DNA from: a virus
Lineage: Duplodnaviria; Caudoviricetes
Virus record (IMG/VR): IMGVR_UViG_3300033075_001508
Span: 31,914 to 95,913 of that record
Strand: one strand, 5' to 3'
DNA: 64,000 bases
The position numbers and the translations under genes are program-made. The number at the start of each line of letters is the position of its first letter. The first letter of the stretch is position 1. Below, piece after piece: positions 47,693 to 57,270 of the stretch. Below the pieces are notes generated by a model. It saw only the letters and a program-made list of their open reading frames with translations, did no database searches and had not been told where the DNA came from.

Positions 47693-48118
47693 TTATGCGA
47701 AAGTGACAGCGATTCCACTCACCGGAATCTCAAGCCTGTCATTTATGTCGATATTTTTTGGGGTACTTAACGAACCGTGCGCCCAGGCGTTACCCGCTCC
47801 ATATGTCGCCGAGTCGCAGATAAGTACTCCAGATACCCAGCCCCAATTGGCTGTCGCAGTCGGGAATGTTAGGACGGAGAGGTTGTAACAAACGCCCCCA
47901 ACACCAACCGGGTCAGTCCAGTTTGTTGCAGACGGATTAAGGCTTTGACGGGCGTACGCTCCCGAGTTCGCAAGTTCTTTGCTCGATGCGCCAGTATCAG
48001 TGTCATCCGGCGTGTTCTTAGTAAGCGCGATTGCGATAACCGAAGGCTTACTTAAAGTGCCAGAGCCGAAGATGTGACTAGCAAGATTTCTCTCCAGCCA
48101 GTCGCTCATATTTGCCAC
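47693..48118 (-). CDS. Small fibre-associated structural protein
   Basis: MS.WLE....H.F...E....YARQ...FPTATANWG.V pattern common in phage fibre-associated proteins. Confidence 0.65.
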   Translation of the reverse strand: MANMSDWLERNLASHIFGSGTLSKPSVIAIALTKNTPDDTDTGASSKELANSGAYARQSLNPSATNWTDPVGVGGVCYNLSVLTFPTATANWGWVSGVLICDSATYGAGNAWAHGSLSTPKNIDINDRLEIPVSGIAVTFA

Positions 48119-48136
48119 GAATTTGCTCCTATTAAG

Positions 48137-48174
48137 AAAAAGGGGCTGCCGGCCGTGTATCAGCCAACAGCCCC
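48137..48174 (-). terminator. Rho-independent terminator after the capsid gene
   Basis: Minus strand GGGGCTGTTGGCTG-ATACA-CGGCCGGCAGCCCC followed by TTTTT. Confidence 0.85.
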
Positions 48175-48205
48175 ATTGAATTTGCTAGGCTTGTCCTATG
48201 GCCTC

Positions 48206-49213
48206 TTACAGAGCGCCAAGAAGGACGCGACGGTTGTCGAGGACGGTGAAACCGTGTTCCCTCCAACCATACATGCCGGCTCGTCCAGCACGGTGGAAGG
48301 TTGGGTCCTCGAAGATTTCGACTTCCTTGCGAACCGGGTTCACAAAGCTGTCGTTGTTTTCGAGGTCGAGGCCGACCACGATTTCAACCTTGTCGGAAGG
48401 CATGGTGCCGCCGAGGGTCGACTCGTAGTAGGTCTGGAACTCTTGGTCTTCGCCAAGCTCGTCAATGTCGTGCAGACGAACGCGGCCGATTCGGGCAACG
48501 CCACCCGTTTCCCAGTTCTGGTAGATGGTCTGGCGGACCGCCTCGGGAATCTGGGTCAAGTCCCAGCTAAGAACGTCGCCTTGTGCTTCTGGGGAGTGGA
48601 ACATGTCCGTCAACTTGCCACGGTTGATGGAGGTGCTGTTGCCACCTGCGCGACGACGCATCATCTGCTCCAGGAGCGACACGAGTCGCTTGGTGAACAG
48701 ACCAGCAATCGCCTGCTCATCGTACGCAACCAGGTTGCGGTTCGCGGCAGCCGTCAACAGCGTATGCCAGCCGTCACGGTTTGCCTTCAGGATGAAACCG
48801 GCTTCCAACACCTGGAGGGCGCGGCCGATAACGTCCCAGCGAGCGTTCTCGCTGTACCGGATGTCCCAGTCGATGCTGTTACCGACCCGGTAAGTCGGAA
48901 CCATGATGTAATCACCCTCGATGTGCCGTTCGGGAATCCGACCGACGTTCGGGATGGTGTACGCCACATGGCGACCTTCAGTGCCAGGGGTCAAGAAGTC
49001 GAGAGGGAACTCGACGGTCTGACCGGGCAGGAAGTTGATGACCTCGAAAATGCCAGAAAGGATGTCGCCCTTCAGCACGCCCTGCTTGAGAGGCAGAGTC
49101 AAAGCCTTTGCGAGTTCGCGTTGGGCAGCGCGGGCAATCGACTCGTCCGCATGACCAGAACGCTTCAGAAGCGCGGTTTCTTCAGCCGTTGGCTGACGCA
49201 TCATCTTATACAT
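48206..49213 (-). CDS. Major capsid protein (HK97 fold)
   Basis: Gene order after protease and decoration; strong codon bias; CAACAGGAG RBS before ATG 49213; downstream terminator. Confidence 0.85.
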   Translation of the reverse strand: MYKMMRQPTAEETALLKRSGHADESIARAAQRELAKALTLPLKQGVLKGDILSGIFEVINFLPGQTVEFPLDFLTPGTEGRHVAYTIPNVGRIPERHIEGDYIMVPTYRVGNSIDWDIRYSENARWDVIGRALQVLEAGFILKANRDGWHTLLTAAANRNLVAYDEQAIAGLFTKRLVSLLEQMMRRRAGGNSTSINRGKLTDMFHSPEAQGDVLSWDLTQIPEAVRQTIYQNWETGGVARIGRVRLHDIDELGEDQEFQTYYESTLGGTMPSDKVEIVVGLDLENNDSFVNPVRKEVEIFEDPTFHRAGRAGMYGWREHGFTVLDNRRVLLGAL

Positions 49214-49270
49214 GTCTGAGTATTTACTCCTGTTGTTTGCTAGGGTGTTCTTATGGCCCACCCATCGTTA

Positions 49271-49750
49271 TTACACGATGGGGAGATTGACCTCGACGCA
49301 GATAAAGCCGCTCTCGTCCTTCAGGCCCTTGAACTCGCCAACCTTCGGCGTGGCGACGATACCGCCGCTCGCGTCTGCGCTGGAGCGGAGCGTACCGCTG
49401 GAGGTCAAGTACGCGGTGCTACCGTCCGTAGGAGAGTAGCCTGCGTGAAGCTTGTCGGTGGTGACTACGCCATGACGAAGCAAACGAACGCGTTCGCCGG
49501 TCTTCTGCTCGTCCTTGTGGAAATTGCGGTGGTAGCGAGTTTCGTCGACGCTCACAACGTCGCCGAGCAACATGCCCGCAACCTTGTAACCGGACGGATT
49601 CGATGCGAGGGTGGCAACACCAGCGGACTCACCGAGAGCCACGCCAGAGCCAGCCGTCGACACAACCAGGGTCGAGCCACGCTCAGCGACTACGTCGCAG
49701 GTGTACTTGATGGTGTCCTGGTAGATTTCACGGTCTTCACGAAGTGCCAT
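49271..49750 (-). CDS. Head decoration/cement protein
   Basis: Located between scaffold and capsid; G-rich 159 aa; AACAGGAG RBS. Confidence 0.7.
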   Translation of the reverse strand: MALREDREIYQDTIKYTCDVVAERGSTLVVSTAGSGVALGESAGVATLASNPSGYKVAGMLLGDVVSVDETRYHRNFHKDEQKTGERVRLLRHGVVTTDKLHAGYSPTDGSTAYLTSSGTLRSSADASGGIVATPKVGEFKGLKDESGFICVEVNLPIV

Positions 49751-49788
49751 GAGTATTAGGTCTCCTGTTTATTTCTTTGTGTTTGTTG

Positions 49789-50499
49789 TTACTGAGCCGC
49801 CGATTCGTCCTTTGCGCCGAACAGTCCGGCGATGGACTGACGCAACTTGGTCACGCTGTCTTCCTCAGAAGCAACTGCGGACAGGTCCGCGCTGTTCTCT
49901 GGAGTCACGTTTTCAAGTGCAGTCGCGTCGGCGTTTTCTGCGCCTTCGTCTTCGGACGCCTTGCCACCCATCGGGGCGGGCTTGTTGGTCGCCTTCGGAG
50001 CGAGAGGTGCGGGAGTTTGCTTGGGTGCGAGAGGGGCCGGCGTGAACTTGGCCTGCGTCTCGATGAACTTCTCGAAGGCCTCGTCGCTCAGAGCCGCAAG
50101 CGACTCATTCAGCGTTTCGACAGACTTCAGCGCATCGGCGTCTTCAGGATTGACCTTCAGGGCGCTCTTGAGCTTGTTAAGACGTTCGATTGTCTTCTTC
50201 TCGACTTCAATCGCTTCGAGCTTCGAGGCGAGAGTCTTGGCTTCCTCTTCCTTTGCGGAAAGAGCGGTCTTGACAGTATCAAGCTCGACCTTGAACTTGG
50301 CGGCTTCCGCCGTCTCGGTCTCAAGGGCCTTGCTGAGTTCCTCAACCCGAGTCTTCAGCGAAACAGCAATCGCTTCAGTCGATTCAAGGGTGGCTTGAAT
50401 CTTCTTCACGTCGTTATCGCGAGCTTGCGCTTCCAGCGTGGCGATTTTTGCAAGAGCAGCTTCAAGCTGCTTTTGGAGTTCGTTTACTTCTACAGTCAT
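49789..50499 (-). CDS. Nested in-frame scaffolding protein (236 aa)
   Basis: Internal CAACAGGAG RBS (50512-50520) before ATG 50499, with TGGGGTAT promoter variant at 50536-50543. Confidence 0.6.
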   Translation of the reverse strand: MTVEVNELQKQLEAALAKIATLEAQARDNDVKKIQATLESTEAIAVSLKTRVEELSKALETETAEAAKFKVELDTVKTALSAKEEEAKTLASKLEAIEVEKKTIERLNKLKSALKVNPEDADALKSVETLNESLAALSDEAFEKFIETQAKFTPAPLAPKQTPAPLAPKATNKPAPMGGKASEDEGAENADATALENVTPENSADLSAVASEEDSVTKLRQSIAGLFGAKDESAAQ

Positions 50500-51369
50500 G
50501 TTTGTTTTTTGCTCCTGTTGTTGGGGCATCGTTTCATACCCCAAAGATTTTGAATGCGAAAAAATTTCCTCAATATTTGCCTGAGCAGGCCGGAATTCCT
50601 CCGAAGCCTCGGCAAATATGATGCTTTCAGGATTAGCCGGCTTAGCAACCAACCCTTTGCCTGAAAAAACGATGTTGCGCAGCAACCGACCGACCTTAAA
50701 CTCGCCGTATTGACCGGTGCCGCCGTATGCTCGAAGATGTTTTGTCAGAAACGCGGTCTGCTCATTGCGAGCGACGATTTTCGCCTGACCATCCTTGCCG
50801 AGCATTGCATAGTCGAATCCACGGAAGTAACACTCCATGGAAACGAACCATTTTCCTTCCTCAATTTCTGCGAGGATTTTGTCCATCCGGTCTTGCAATT
50901 CGGGCTTGTCCCAAATCTTGTAAAGAACGGCGGACGTGACGATGTGGAACTTAGCAGGAAGGTCATCAATCGTGCTGTCGTCAGCAATCACATTGCCGTT
51001 GACGTCGATGACGTAGTTGCCCGTGATATGCCCAATGATTTGGTCAGACTGATGTTCGTAGTTAAACGGCGTGTCTTCCGGACTGTGCCTGGCTCCCCAG
51101 GTCTCCAGCAAATCAAACACGTCGTCGTTCTTGTTCCAACCAGTCGAAACCAAAATGGTCTTCAGGTAGTGCAGCACCAAGTCGTTTTGGCCGGCCGCAC
51201 TAGCCTTGGACTTCGCCAACGTACGGACCAACTGCGCCATGGCCTTATCCGAAACCTCGAAAGGTTCGGTCGAGCCAACTTGGGCCAGGTACGCGATGGA
51301 GGCGTTCGAGCGAATCAGTTGCTCTAGCCCCGCTTCTCGCTCAGCTTTGAAGACGGGTGGAGTGAACAC
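49789..51369 (-). CDS. Prohead protease fused to coiled-coil scaffold
   Basis: WNKNDD.F, FNYEH....IIGH, VSMEC and F.G.GLV.KPAN motifs; C-terminal coiled coil. Confidence 0.85.
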   Translation of the reverse strand: MFTPPVFKAEREAGLEQLIRSNASIAYLAQVGSTEPFEVSDKAMAQLVRTLAKSKASAAGQNDLVLHYLKTILVSTGWNKNDDVFDLLETWGARHSPEDTPFNYEHQSDQIIGHITGNYVIDVNGNVIADDSTIDDLPAKFHIVTSAVLYKIWDKPELQDRMDKILAEIEEGKWFVSMECYFRGFDYAMLGKDGQAKIVARNEQTAFLTKHLRAYGGTGQYGEFKVGRLLRNIVFSGKGLVAKPANPESIIFAEASEEFRPAQANIEEIFSHSKSLGYETMPQQQEQKTNMTVEVNELQKQLEAALAKIATLEAQARDNDVKKIQATLESTEAIAVSLKTRVEELSKALETETAEAAKFKVELDTVKTALSAKEEEAKTLASKLEAIEVEKKTIERLNKLKSALKVNPEDADALKSVETLNESLAALSDEAFEKFIETQAKFTPAPLAPKQTPAPLAPKATNKPAPMGGKASEDEGAENADATALENVTPENSADLSAVASEEDSVTKLRQSIAGLFGAKDESAAQ

Positions 51370-51371
51370 GA

Positions 51372-51701
51372 TTAACCTTTGGGCTTGGACTGGAACAGAC
51401 CGGACAGACTCTTTTGAAGACGGCTAATCTTCTGAGCCACGGTAACGAACTCGGGATGGTCCGCGCTTTGGACCCCATCCCCTGCCTTTCCCTGCTCACT
51501 TTCCGAGGCGACCAAACGAGTAATCGAATGGATGTCGTTCTCTTCGTCGTGAGAGGCCGTCATGATTTCACAACGGAACTTCTCTTCGTCGTAGTAATCC
51601 TTGGAAAGGTATGCCCCGACCACGTTCTCAACGGCTTTCCCGTCGAGCATGAGGGCGAAGCTCTTTTCCTTGGTGTCAAACTCAAGACTGATTTTTGCCA
51701 T
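51372..51701 (-). CDS. Hypothetical head-module protein
   Basis: AACAGGAGG RBS; AGGTGTAT motif variant at 51727-51734. Confidence 0.7.
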   Translation of the reverse strand: MAKISLEFDTKEKSFALMLDGKAVENVVGAYLSKDYYDEEKFRCEIMTASHDEENDIHSITRLVASESEQGKAGDGVQSADHPEFVTVAQKISRLQKSLSGLFQSKPKG

Positions 51702-51709
51702 TTCGGTAA

Positions 51710-52465
51710 TTACCTCCTGTTAGGCCATACACCTGAAAACAGATTTCTCATCCAATCCCACACCCGGAGGTACCACCGTTTGCGGCCAACTATGAACAAG
51801 CCAATGCCAACGCCCGCACGTTGCGGCTTAAAGAGTTCGGGTTCTTGATTCTCGGATTCGTGTGAGTGAACGAAGGACTTGTTGCGATTGTTGTGCCAAG
51901 CAAAGATGCCTGGTAAGGCTCTCTTCTTTAGTTGCAGGCCCCATTTCCGCTCTAAGATGTCCTGGTCTCCCTGCTCAGAAAGCGGTGGCCAGTAGTTCTC
52001 GTCCAGACAAACACAGAAGAAGTTAGTGTGCCAGATATCGGAATGCACAATGTTGGTAGGCAACAAGAACAGAACAGCCTTATCTCCTTCCCGCATCTTT
52101 TCATCCATCATGCGGTAAATGCCAGGCTTGGGCTGAACGTCGGCGGCTTGGCCTATCACGTAGCAGTTTTCGCCGTAATGCTCGCGAACAAACTCAAGGC
52201 CCTTACGCAAAGAATGTGACTCTGGGTAAGTCGTAGCTACCCCGTCGACCTCTCCTGGCAACGCGGGTCGTCCGACCACATGATGGATAAGACCTTCGGC
52301 CATCAACTCTTGGAAGAGCCATAACCGACCGATTTCCGGCCGAGCCCAAACAACGACCACCTGGGGCGGTTCAGCAAATTCGCTCGCCCTTTCCCAGATG
52401 GCCTTGATGTTTTTGCGAAGCTCGTAATACCTACGACACACGGTCAGAACTATGACCGGTTTCAT
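51710..52465 (-). CDS. Hypothetical protein, possibly GT-A-like
   Basis: VIVLTVCRRY.EL...VVVV...SLRKGLE...YVI...ADV follows a GT-A-like order. GAGG RBS before ATG 52465. Confidence 0.5.
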   Translation of the reverse strand: MKPVIVLTVCRRYYELRKNIKAIWERASEFAEPPQVVVVWARPEIGRLWLFQELMAEGLIHHVVGRPALPGEVDGVATTYPESHSLRKGLEFVREHYGENCYVIGQAADVQPKPGIYRMMDEKMREGDKAVLFLLPTNIVHSDIWHTNFFCVCLDENYWPPLSEQGDQDILERKWGLQLKKRALPGIFAWHNNRNKSFVHSHESENQEPELFKPQRAGVGIGLFIVGRKRWYLRVWDWMRNLFSGVWPNRR

Positions 52466-54647
52466 CCTCGACCTCTCCTCGGTACATCGCAAAGATGGAT
52501 GCTTGATAACGGCGAACAACCTCAACGGCAGGCTCTTTGCCGTACTTCTCGATATGTTGCGCGACTGTCACTTTGAGCAAGCGGGCGACGTGAGCAGGAA
52601 GAGGCATCGGCTGCTGTAAGAAAGCAGCAACCTTCTCTTCGGTCACATCCTCGCCCAGTTGGAACTGGCAAAGCAGGTGGAACTTGAGCGACTCAAAATC
52701 TTTTGTTTCCTGGTCGGTTAGTTCGCGGCCGGTCTTTTTGCCAACAGACTTCAATAGCACAGGGTTCACCAACCTGGAGACCTTGGTCAGCATGTCCTCG
52801 GCAACCGCCAGGTTCTTGATGAAATTGGCAGTCGCTTTCGTTCGAGGCTTGACGACCTTCTTCTTCCGTTTGGTTGAATCCTTCTTGCTCTTCGGACGGC
52901 CCTGGCCCGGTTGTCCCTTGGGCTTGGAGCCGGCCGGCGCAGCCTTCGGAACGGCGTACTTCTTACCCCACTCCGCTTGCTTCTCGGCGGGCGGCTTATC
53001 GCCCTCTTTGGCTTCGCCTACCTCGACACCAAACTGGTCCGGCGAATACGCACCGGTGCCGGCGAAGAGCTTGGTCAAGTCGTCTTTCACCATCGGCGAG
53101 TGGAATGGCGAGGCCTTTGCGGGCATCTGACCTTCCTTGCGACGACGAGCTTCGCGGCGCTGGCGAACCGAAATGATGTCTGGGTCAAACCCCATCTCTT
53201 CCTGCACAGTTTCCGCGTCGAGCAGGTCGCGGTCGACCATGTTCAGGAGGATTTGGCGTTCGCTAGCCTCGTCCGTGAGCATGTTGTCAAACACGATTTT
53301 CGCTGGGAAGCGGAAGCCCATTGCCTTCTGAACCAGGGCGATTTCCGCCTCCCAGAAGTCGCGTAGTACAGAGCGGCCGTATTCCAGTCGCTCCGTCAGT
53401 GTCTTGAGGGAGATGTAGTTGTTGGTAAACCCGGTTGCGGTTTCCGACCCCGTCAGGGTTTGCGGAATGCCCAAGCCCGAATAGATGGCTTGCAAGATGG
53501 GGGCGTACTTGGTCGCACCCAGGAAGCGGTGGACTTCGGTCGAAGTCTCGGTCAGTTCGAGGTCAGGCCCCCAAACCAAGTCCATCACGCCGCCGCCGAT
53601 GTTGTTTGTCAACATTCGGGCGAGGCGAAGCATATTGTTTGGGTGCGGCATCACCCCATGTTCGAGGGAGCCCAGCTTCCAAACGCGAATACAGCTGATA
53701 GCGCCGTCCAGGGCCGCGATGTCGGCGAGCTTGAGCTTCTCAAGCATCGCCAGGTCCTTGAGAATCGGAGCCAGCATGGGACGCGCCCACGCACGCCAGT
53801 CATCTCGCTTGTACCAGTGAACGGAGACCTTGTCTGGGTCTAGCGGAAGAAGTGTGTCGCCCTTCTGGATTGCCTTACGTACGTCTTCCGGAAGGCGGGA
53901 AACCATCAGCTTCTCGCCCGAAGTCTTCGGATTCTTGACGACGTTCGTGATGTCTTTGGGGACCTTCACGCCAAAGATGAAGCCGTCCGGCCCCACGAAG
54001 GGAGCCATGTGTTCGGCGACAAGCTCGACCGCGCAAGGATGCAAAAACGTGTATCGCCACGGCACCTCCCGCTTCATCGGTTGTGGAGGCGGGGTGACGT
54101 CGATATCCGGGTCTGCCTGGGCTCGCTTCAGATTCTTTTCGTCGCGAACCTTCAGCTTTGCTGTATGACGACGAACAATGACGTTTCCGTGCAAATACAG
54201 GTAGTAAGCGAGGCGTTCGGACACCCGCTTCATTCCGACCTTCTTCGCCCAGGTCTTGAAGAACTTCTCGATGCGTTCGTTGGGATGGACAATGTCGATG
54301 CCCTTGGCGGTGAAGTCCGCCATCAGGCTCATAACGTTTGCAACAATACCGTTGTTTTCAACAGCGTTGTCGCACGCACGGACAAGGTCTTTTGCTTTCT
54401 TGGGTACAGCTTCGCCAGGCCGAAATGAGTCGTAGTCCCTACGCGAAAAACTGTCTCGGATGTGGACCGAGTTCGGCGCGGAGTTCAGGTAAATATCCGT
54501 GCCGTAGGACCGGACAACGGGCTGAATGTTTTGTAGGGCCTCGCCTACCTGGTGCATGGCCAGGGCACGCTTTTCGTCGTCCCCTTTTGCCCAGGTGATG
54601 TAGCCGGCATCCGCTGCCTGAACAGGCTTTTTCTTGTTGTTCGCCAC
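52431..54647 (-). CDS. Portal protein
   Basis: Follows the terminase; helical 738 aa with Y.L.GNV, KRDDW..WA.P and GLGIP motifs; basic C-terminal extension. Confidence 0.85.
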   Translation of the reverse strand: MANNKKKPVQAADAGYITWAKGDDEKRALAMHQVGEALQNIQPVVRSYGTDIYLNSAPNSVHIRDSFSRRDYDSFRPGEAVPKKAKDLVRACDNAVENNGIVANVMSLMADFTAKGIDIVHPNERIEKFFKTWAKKVGMKRVSERLAYYLYLHGNVIVRRHTAKLKVRDEKNLKRAQADPDIDVTPPPQPMKREVPWRYTFLHPCAVELVAEHMAPFVGPDGFIFGVKVPKDITNVVKNPKTSGEKLMVSRLPEDVRKAIQKGDTLLPLDPDKVSVHWYKRDDWRAWARPMLAPILKDLAMLEKLKLADIAALDGAISCIRVWKLGSLEHGVMPHPNNMLRLARMLTNNIGGGVMDLVWGPDLELTETSTEVHRFLGATKYAPILQAIYSGLGIPQTLTGSETATGFTNNYISLKTLTERLEYGRSVLRDFWEAEIALVQKAMGFRFPAKIVFDNMLTDEASERQILLNMVDRDLLDAETVQEEMGFDPDIISVRQRREARRRKEGQMPAKASPFHSPMVKDDLTKLFAGTGAYSPDQFGVEVGEAKEGDKPPAEKQAEWGKKYAVPKAAPAGSKPKGQPGQGRPKSKKDSTKRKKKVVKPRTKATANFIKNLAVAEDMLTKVSRLVNPVLLKSVGKKTGRELTDQETKDFESLKFHLLCQFQLGEDVTEEKVAAFLQQPMPLPAHVARLLKVTVAQHIEKYGKEPAVEVVRRYQASIFAMYRGEVEDETGHSSDRVS

Positions 54648-54694
54648 GGTCTTCCGCTAATAGGAATGCGATTTGAATTGTTTCCCATTAGCGG

Positions 54695-54702
54695 ATACAC
54701 CG
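54695..54702 (-). promoter_or_regulatory. CGGTGTAT candidate late promoter
   Basis: In the terminase-portal gap, 48 nt upstream of the portal start. Confidence 0.65.
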
Positions 54703-54706
54703 TCTT

Positions 54707-56788
54707 TTACATTCTCCGGACAATCGTCCCGTAATTTGGGTCAAGAGCCACCTTCGTATACCAATCCGGATTTTGGTGGTCCTCTTGAATCAAGCTCAAT
54801 GTTTGCTGTTCCGTCATTTCGTGTGCGAAACCGCCCATTGTGGAATACCTTGGGCCTGACGGAGTCATCTGCATCATGCGACCAACCGCGTTGGCCATGA
54901 GCAGGGCAGAGTAGCGGTCTTTGCGGAGCCGGCCCTTCTTGCCGCCAGGAAGCTTGGTTTCCGGCGTGTCCCACCGGTCGCGCATAGAGGTTCCCGTCTG
55001 CGAATGCACGATAGTCGCTAACTCATCCTTGAGTTCCTCAATGTTCCAGACGCAGTCTTCCAACGTGTCGTAAACGTCAACGTCCCCGTCGTCCGTCATC
55101 TTGACGCGACCGGTGACTCTGTCTTCAACGTGCGCGAGACCCAACTCGGCCGGGTTCATGACCGGGAAGAGAAGAGCCTTATCCTCGAAATCTTTACGCA
55201 TGCCGTGGTTGGCAAACGCCACCCAATCCGCCTTCGCGAAGGTGATAAGCTCGATGATGTGTTCACCGGGCTTGTTGTCGGTATCCTTGGGGTTGTCGCG
55301 GTCAACGACCGGGAGGATTGCACGCTCGCCGGGATTCATGTGTTTGGCACTGCCCAACGCTTCGATGACGGCCACACCACCGCCCTGCGTGTCAATCGCG
55401 ATACGTTCGCAGGGAAACAGCTTGTGTAAATCTCGAATCTTTCGAGCCGCGTAGGCGTAAAAGTCATCTTCCTGCACAAGCCCCTTGGCGAGCTTTGCCT
55501 TGAAACGACTTCGGGTGGTCGTCCAACAATGAACGATACGACGATGGTCTTCTCGAAGCTCAAGAATGCAGATTGAAAAGTTGTCCTTCTCGGACGCCGG
55601 GTCGACCGCCATGACATACTTCATCAGCGGGTCGCCGCGCATCATCGCGGAGAACACCACTTCCCCGCAGCTTGTCATGTAAATGGGGTGCCTGGGATTG
55701 CCGACAACGCACGACTCAATCAGGCTGCGCCGGAAGAAGCCATTGCTGTCCAGGGCAAAGCAAGCCCCGTACTCCATTTGGTACTGACCGATATGGATGG
55801 TCGCACGCGCCTTGGCAACGTGCTTGGCGTCCATGAAGTCTTCGGGGAGCAGCTTGACGGGAATCCGGATGACGCAGTAGTCGCGCCAGTTGAACTTGTC
55901 GGGGACCTCGCCATGGAAGATTTCTTCCAGTCTTTGTTGGTCTCCCCGAGATTCGATAATCGCCTTCCACCGCTTCCAGTAATCGGCGAAGTGATTGAAA
56001 CCATAATAGGCGGTACCAGACAAAATGGTCTGGTTGGAGTTCATCCCCGGCACGGACGGGACGTTTCCGTCATCATCCTTCAATAGGCCGAGCCGCCTCA
56101 TCGCCCGACGACGCGCAGCCGACTTGACCTTTTCAGCAGGAGAGAGATTGACGGCAGCGAAACCGGCGACGACGTTTTCGAAGATGTCGACGGGAATCGA
56201 AGCGAATTCGTCCGCGATGATTATGTTTGCGCGCTGACCACGAATCTTGGTGCCGTCGCCCAGAGGCAACGCAATAATCATGCTCTCGCCCATACGAAGC
56301 CGATAAACGTCGGTTTCATGTTTTGGGCCGTTGTTGTGGTCGTTGCCGACGATGTCGCGGAGAATGGGGGCACCACGCCAGATTTCTTCGCAATACTCGA
56401 AGATAACCTTGGCTTGGCGAAAGGCCGCACCGACGATGACAATTTTCGAGCCAGGGCATAGCAAGGCTCGCAACATCGCGTAGACGGCGAGGATGAAGGA
56501 TTTGCCCATGCCACGGCTGCCGATAAGCATGGGGAACGGACGGGTCCACAACTCGGTCAGAATCGCGAGTTGGAAAGGCAGCAACTGCTTATTAAGGACG
56601 TGCTTACAGGTGAACGCGAAGTTCTTTGGCTGCCGCATGAGATTGAGCAAATGGACATGGGGCAATTCCGTGTCCTCTTTGGTCTTCTCATCAAATGGGT
56701 TGTTGACCTCAAGCTCGCTTGTGTCTCCTAACCCCAGCCACTCTTCTTCGATTAACTGCTGGATTCGTCTGTCAAACTGTTTCGACAA
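54707..56788 (-). CDS. terL: Terminase large subunit
   Basis: Q motif LLPFQ, Walker A GSRGMGKS, Walker B IIIADE, nuclease motifs AVDPA and KDRYSA. Confidence 0.93.
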   Translation of the reverse strand: MSKQFDRRIQQLIEEEWLGLGDTSELEVNNPFDEKTKEDTELPHVHLLNLMRQPKNFAFTCKHVLNKQLLPFQLAILTELWTRPFPMLIGSRGMGKSFILAVYAMLRALLCPGSKIVIVGAAFRQAKVIFEYCEEIWRGAPILRDIVGNDHNNGPKHETDVYRLRMGESMIIALPLGDGTKIRGQRANIIIADEFASIPVDIFENVVAGFAAVNLSPAEKVKSAARRRAMRRLGLLKDDDGNVPSVPGMNSNQTILSGTAYYGFNHFADYWKRWKAIIESRGDQQRLEEIFHGEVPDKFNWRDYCVIRIPVKLLPEDFMDAKHVAKARATIHIGQYQMEYGACFALDSNGFFRRSLIESCVVGNPRHPIYMTSCGEVVFSAMMRGDPLMKYVMAVDPASEKDNFSICILELREDHRRIVHCWTTTRSRFKAKLAKGLVQEDDFYAYAARKIRDLHKLFPCERIAIDTQGGGVAVIEALGSAKHMNPGERAILPVVDRDNPKDTDNKPGEHIIELITFAKADWVAFANHGMRKDFEDKALLFPVMNPAELGLAHVEDRVTGRVKMTDDGDVDVYDTLEDCVWNIEELKDELATIVHSQTGTSMRDRWDTPETKLPGGKKGRLRKDRYSALLMANAVGRMMQMTPSGPRYSTMGGFAHEMTEQQTLSLIQEDHQNPDWYTKVALDPNYGTIVRRM

Positions 56789-57270
56789 GGCTCTACATGC
56801 TCCGCTATCCGCTTAAAGAGACTGGAGGCGAACTCGCGACCATGACTGCCGGCAAACACGAAATGCACATTCGGGTATTGGACCTGGAAATCATTGATGC
56901 GTTTCATTAGAAATTGCGGGCTAATCCGCAAGCTACGCCACTTGTCCTTCGGGATGCCACTGTTGTAAGGAAACGATACTATGTCACTAATTGTGAATTC
57001 CAGCACAACAAAGGCGTAACGGAATCCTTTAAGTCTTTCCAGTTCCCGCTCAAAGCGCGATTGCACGATGTTCGCCGCAAACTCGCCTGTAGAACCTTTC
57101 CGCTCGATTACGAAAACGTCTTCGTATCCCTTGAGTGTGTAATCTCCTGTTTTCAAAGTCCCAACGACGGTGCCCAGGCAAGGGTCGGATGCTGGGAACA
57201 CCCACCCTTCCTGCTCACGCGTGTCTCGAATGACCTCGTATTGAGGTCCTTTATTGACTGCCCTGGCCAT
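56752..57270 (-). CDS. ERCC4-domain nuclease
   Basis: IRDTREQ, L.TGDY and IERK motifs. Confidence 0.88.
   Translation of the reverse strand: MARAVNKGPQYEVIRDTREQEGWVFPASDPCLGTVVGTLKTGDYTLKGYEDVFVIERKGSTGEFAANIVQSRFERELERLKGFRYAFVVLEFTISDIVSFPYNSGIPKDKWRSLRISPQFLMKRINDFQVQYPNVHFVFAGSHGREFASSLFKRIAEHVEPCRNSLTDESSS

Noticed and set aside
48074-49219. Long + strand ORFs opposite structural genes (also 43185-44378, 39092-40075, 29552-30394 and others)
   Set aside because: Antisense shadows of codon-biased genes, with no recognisable motifs.
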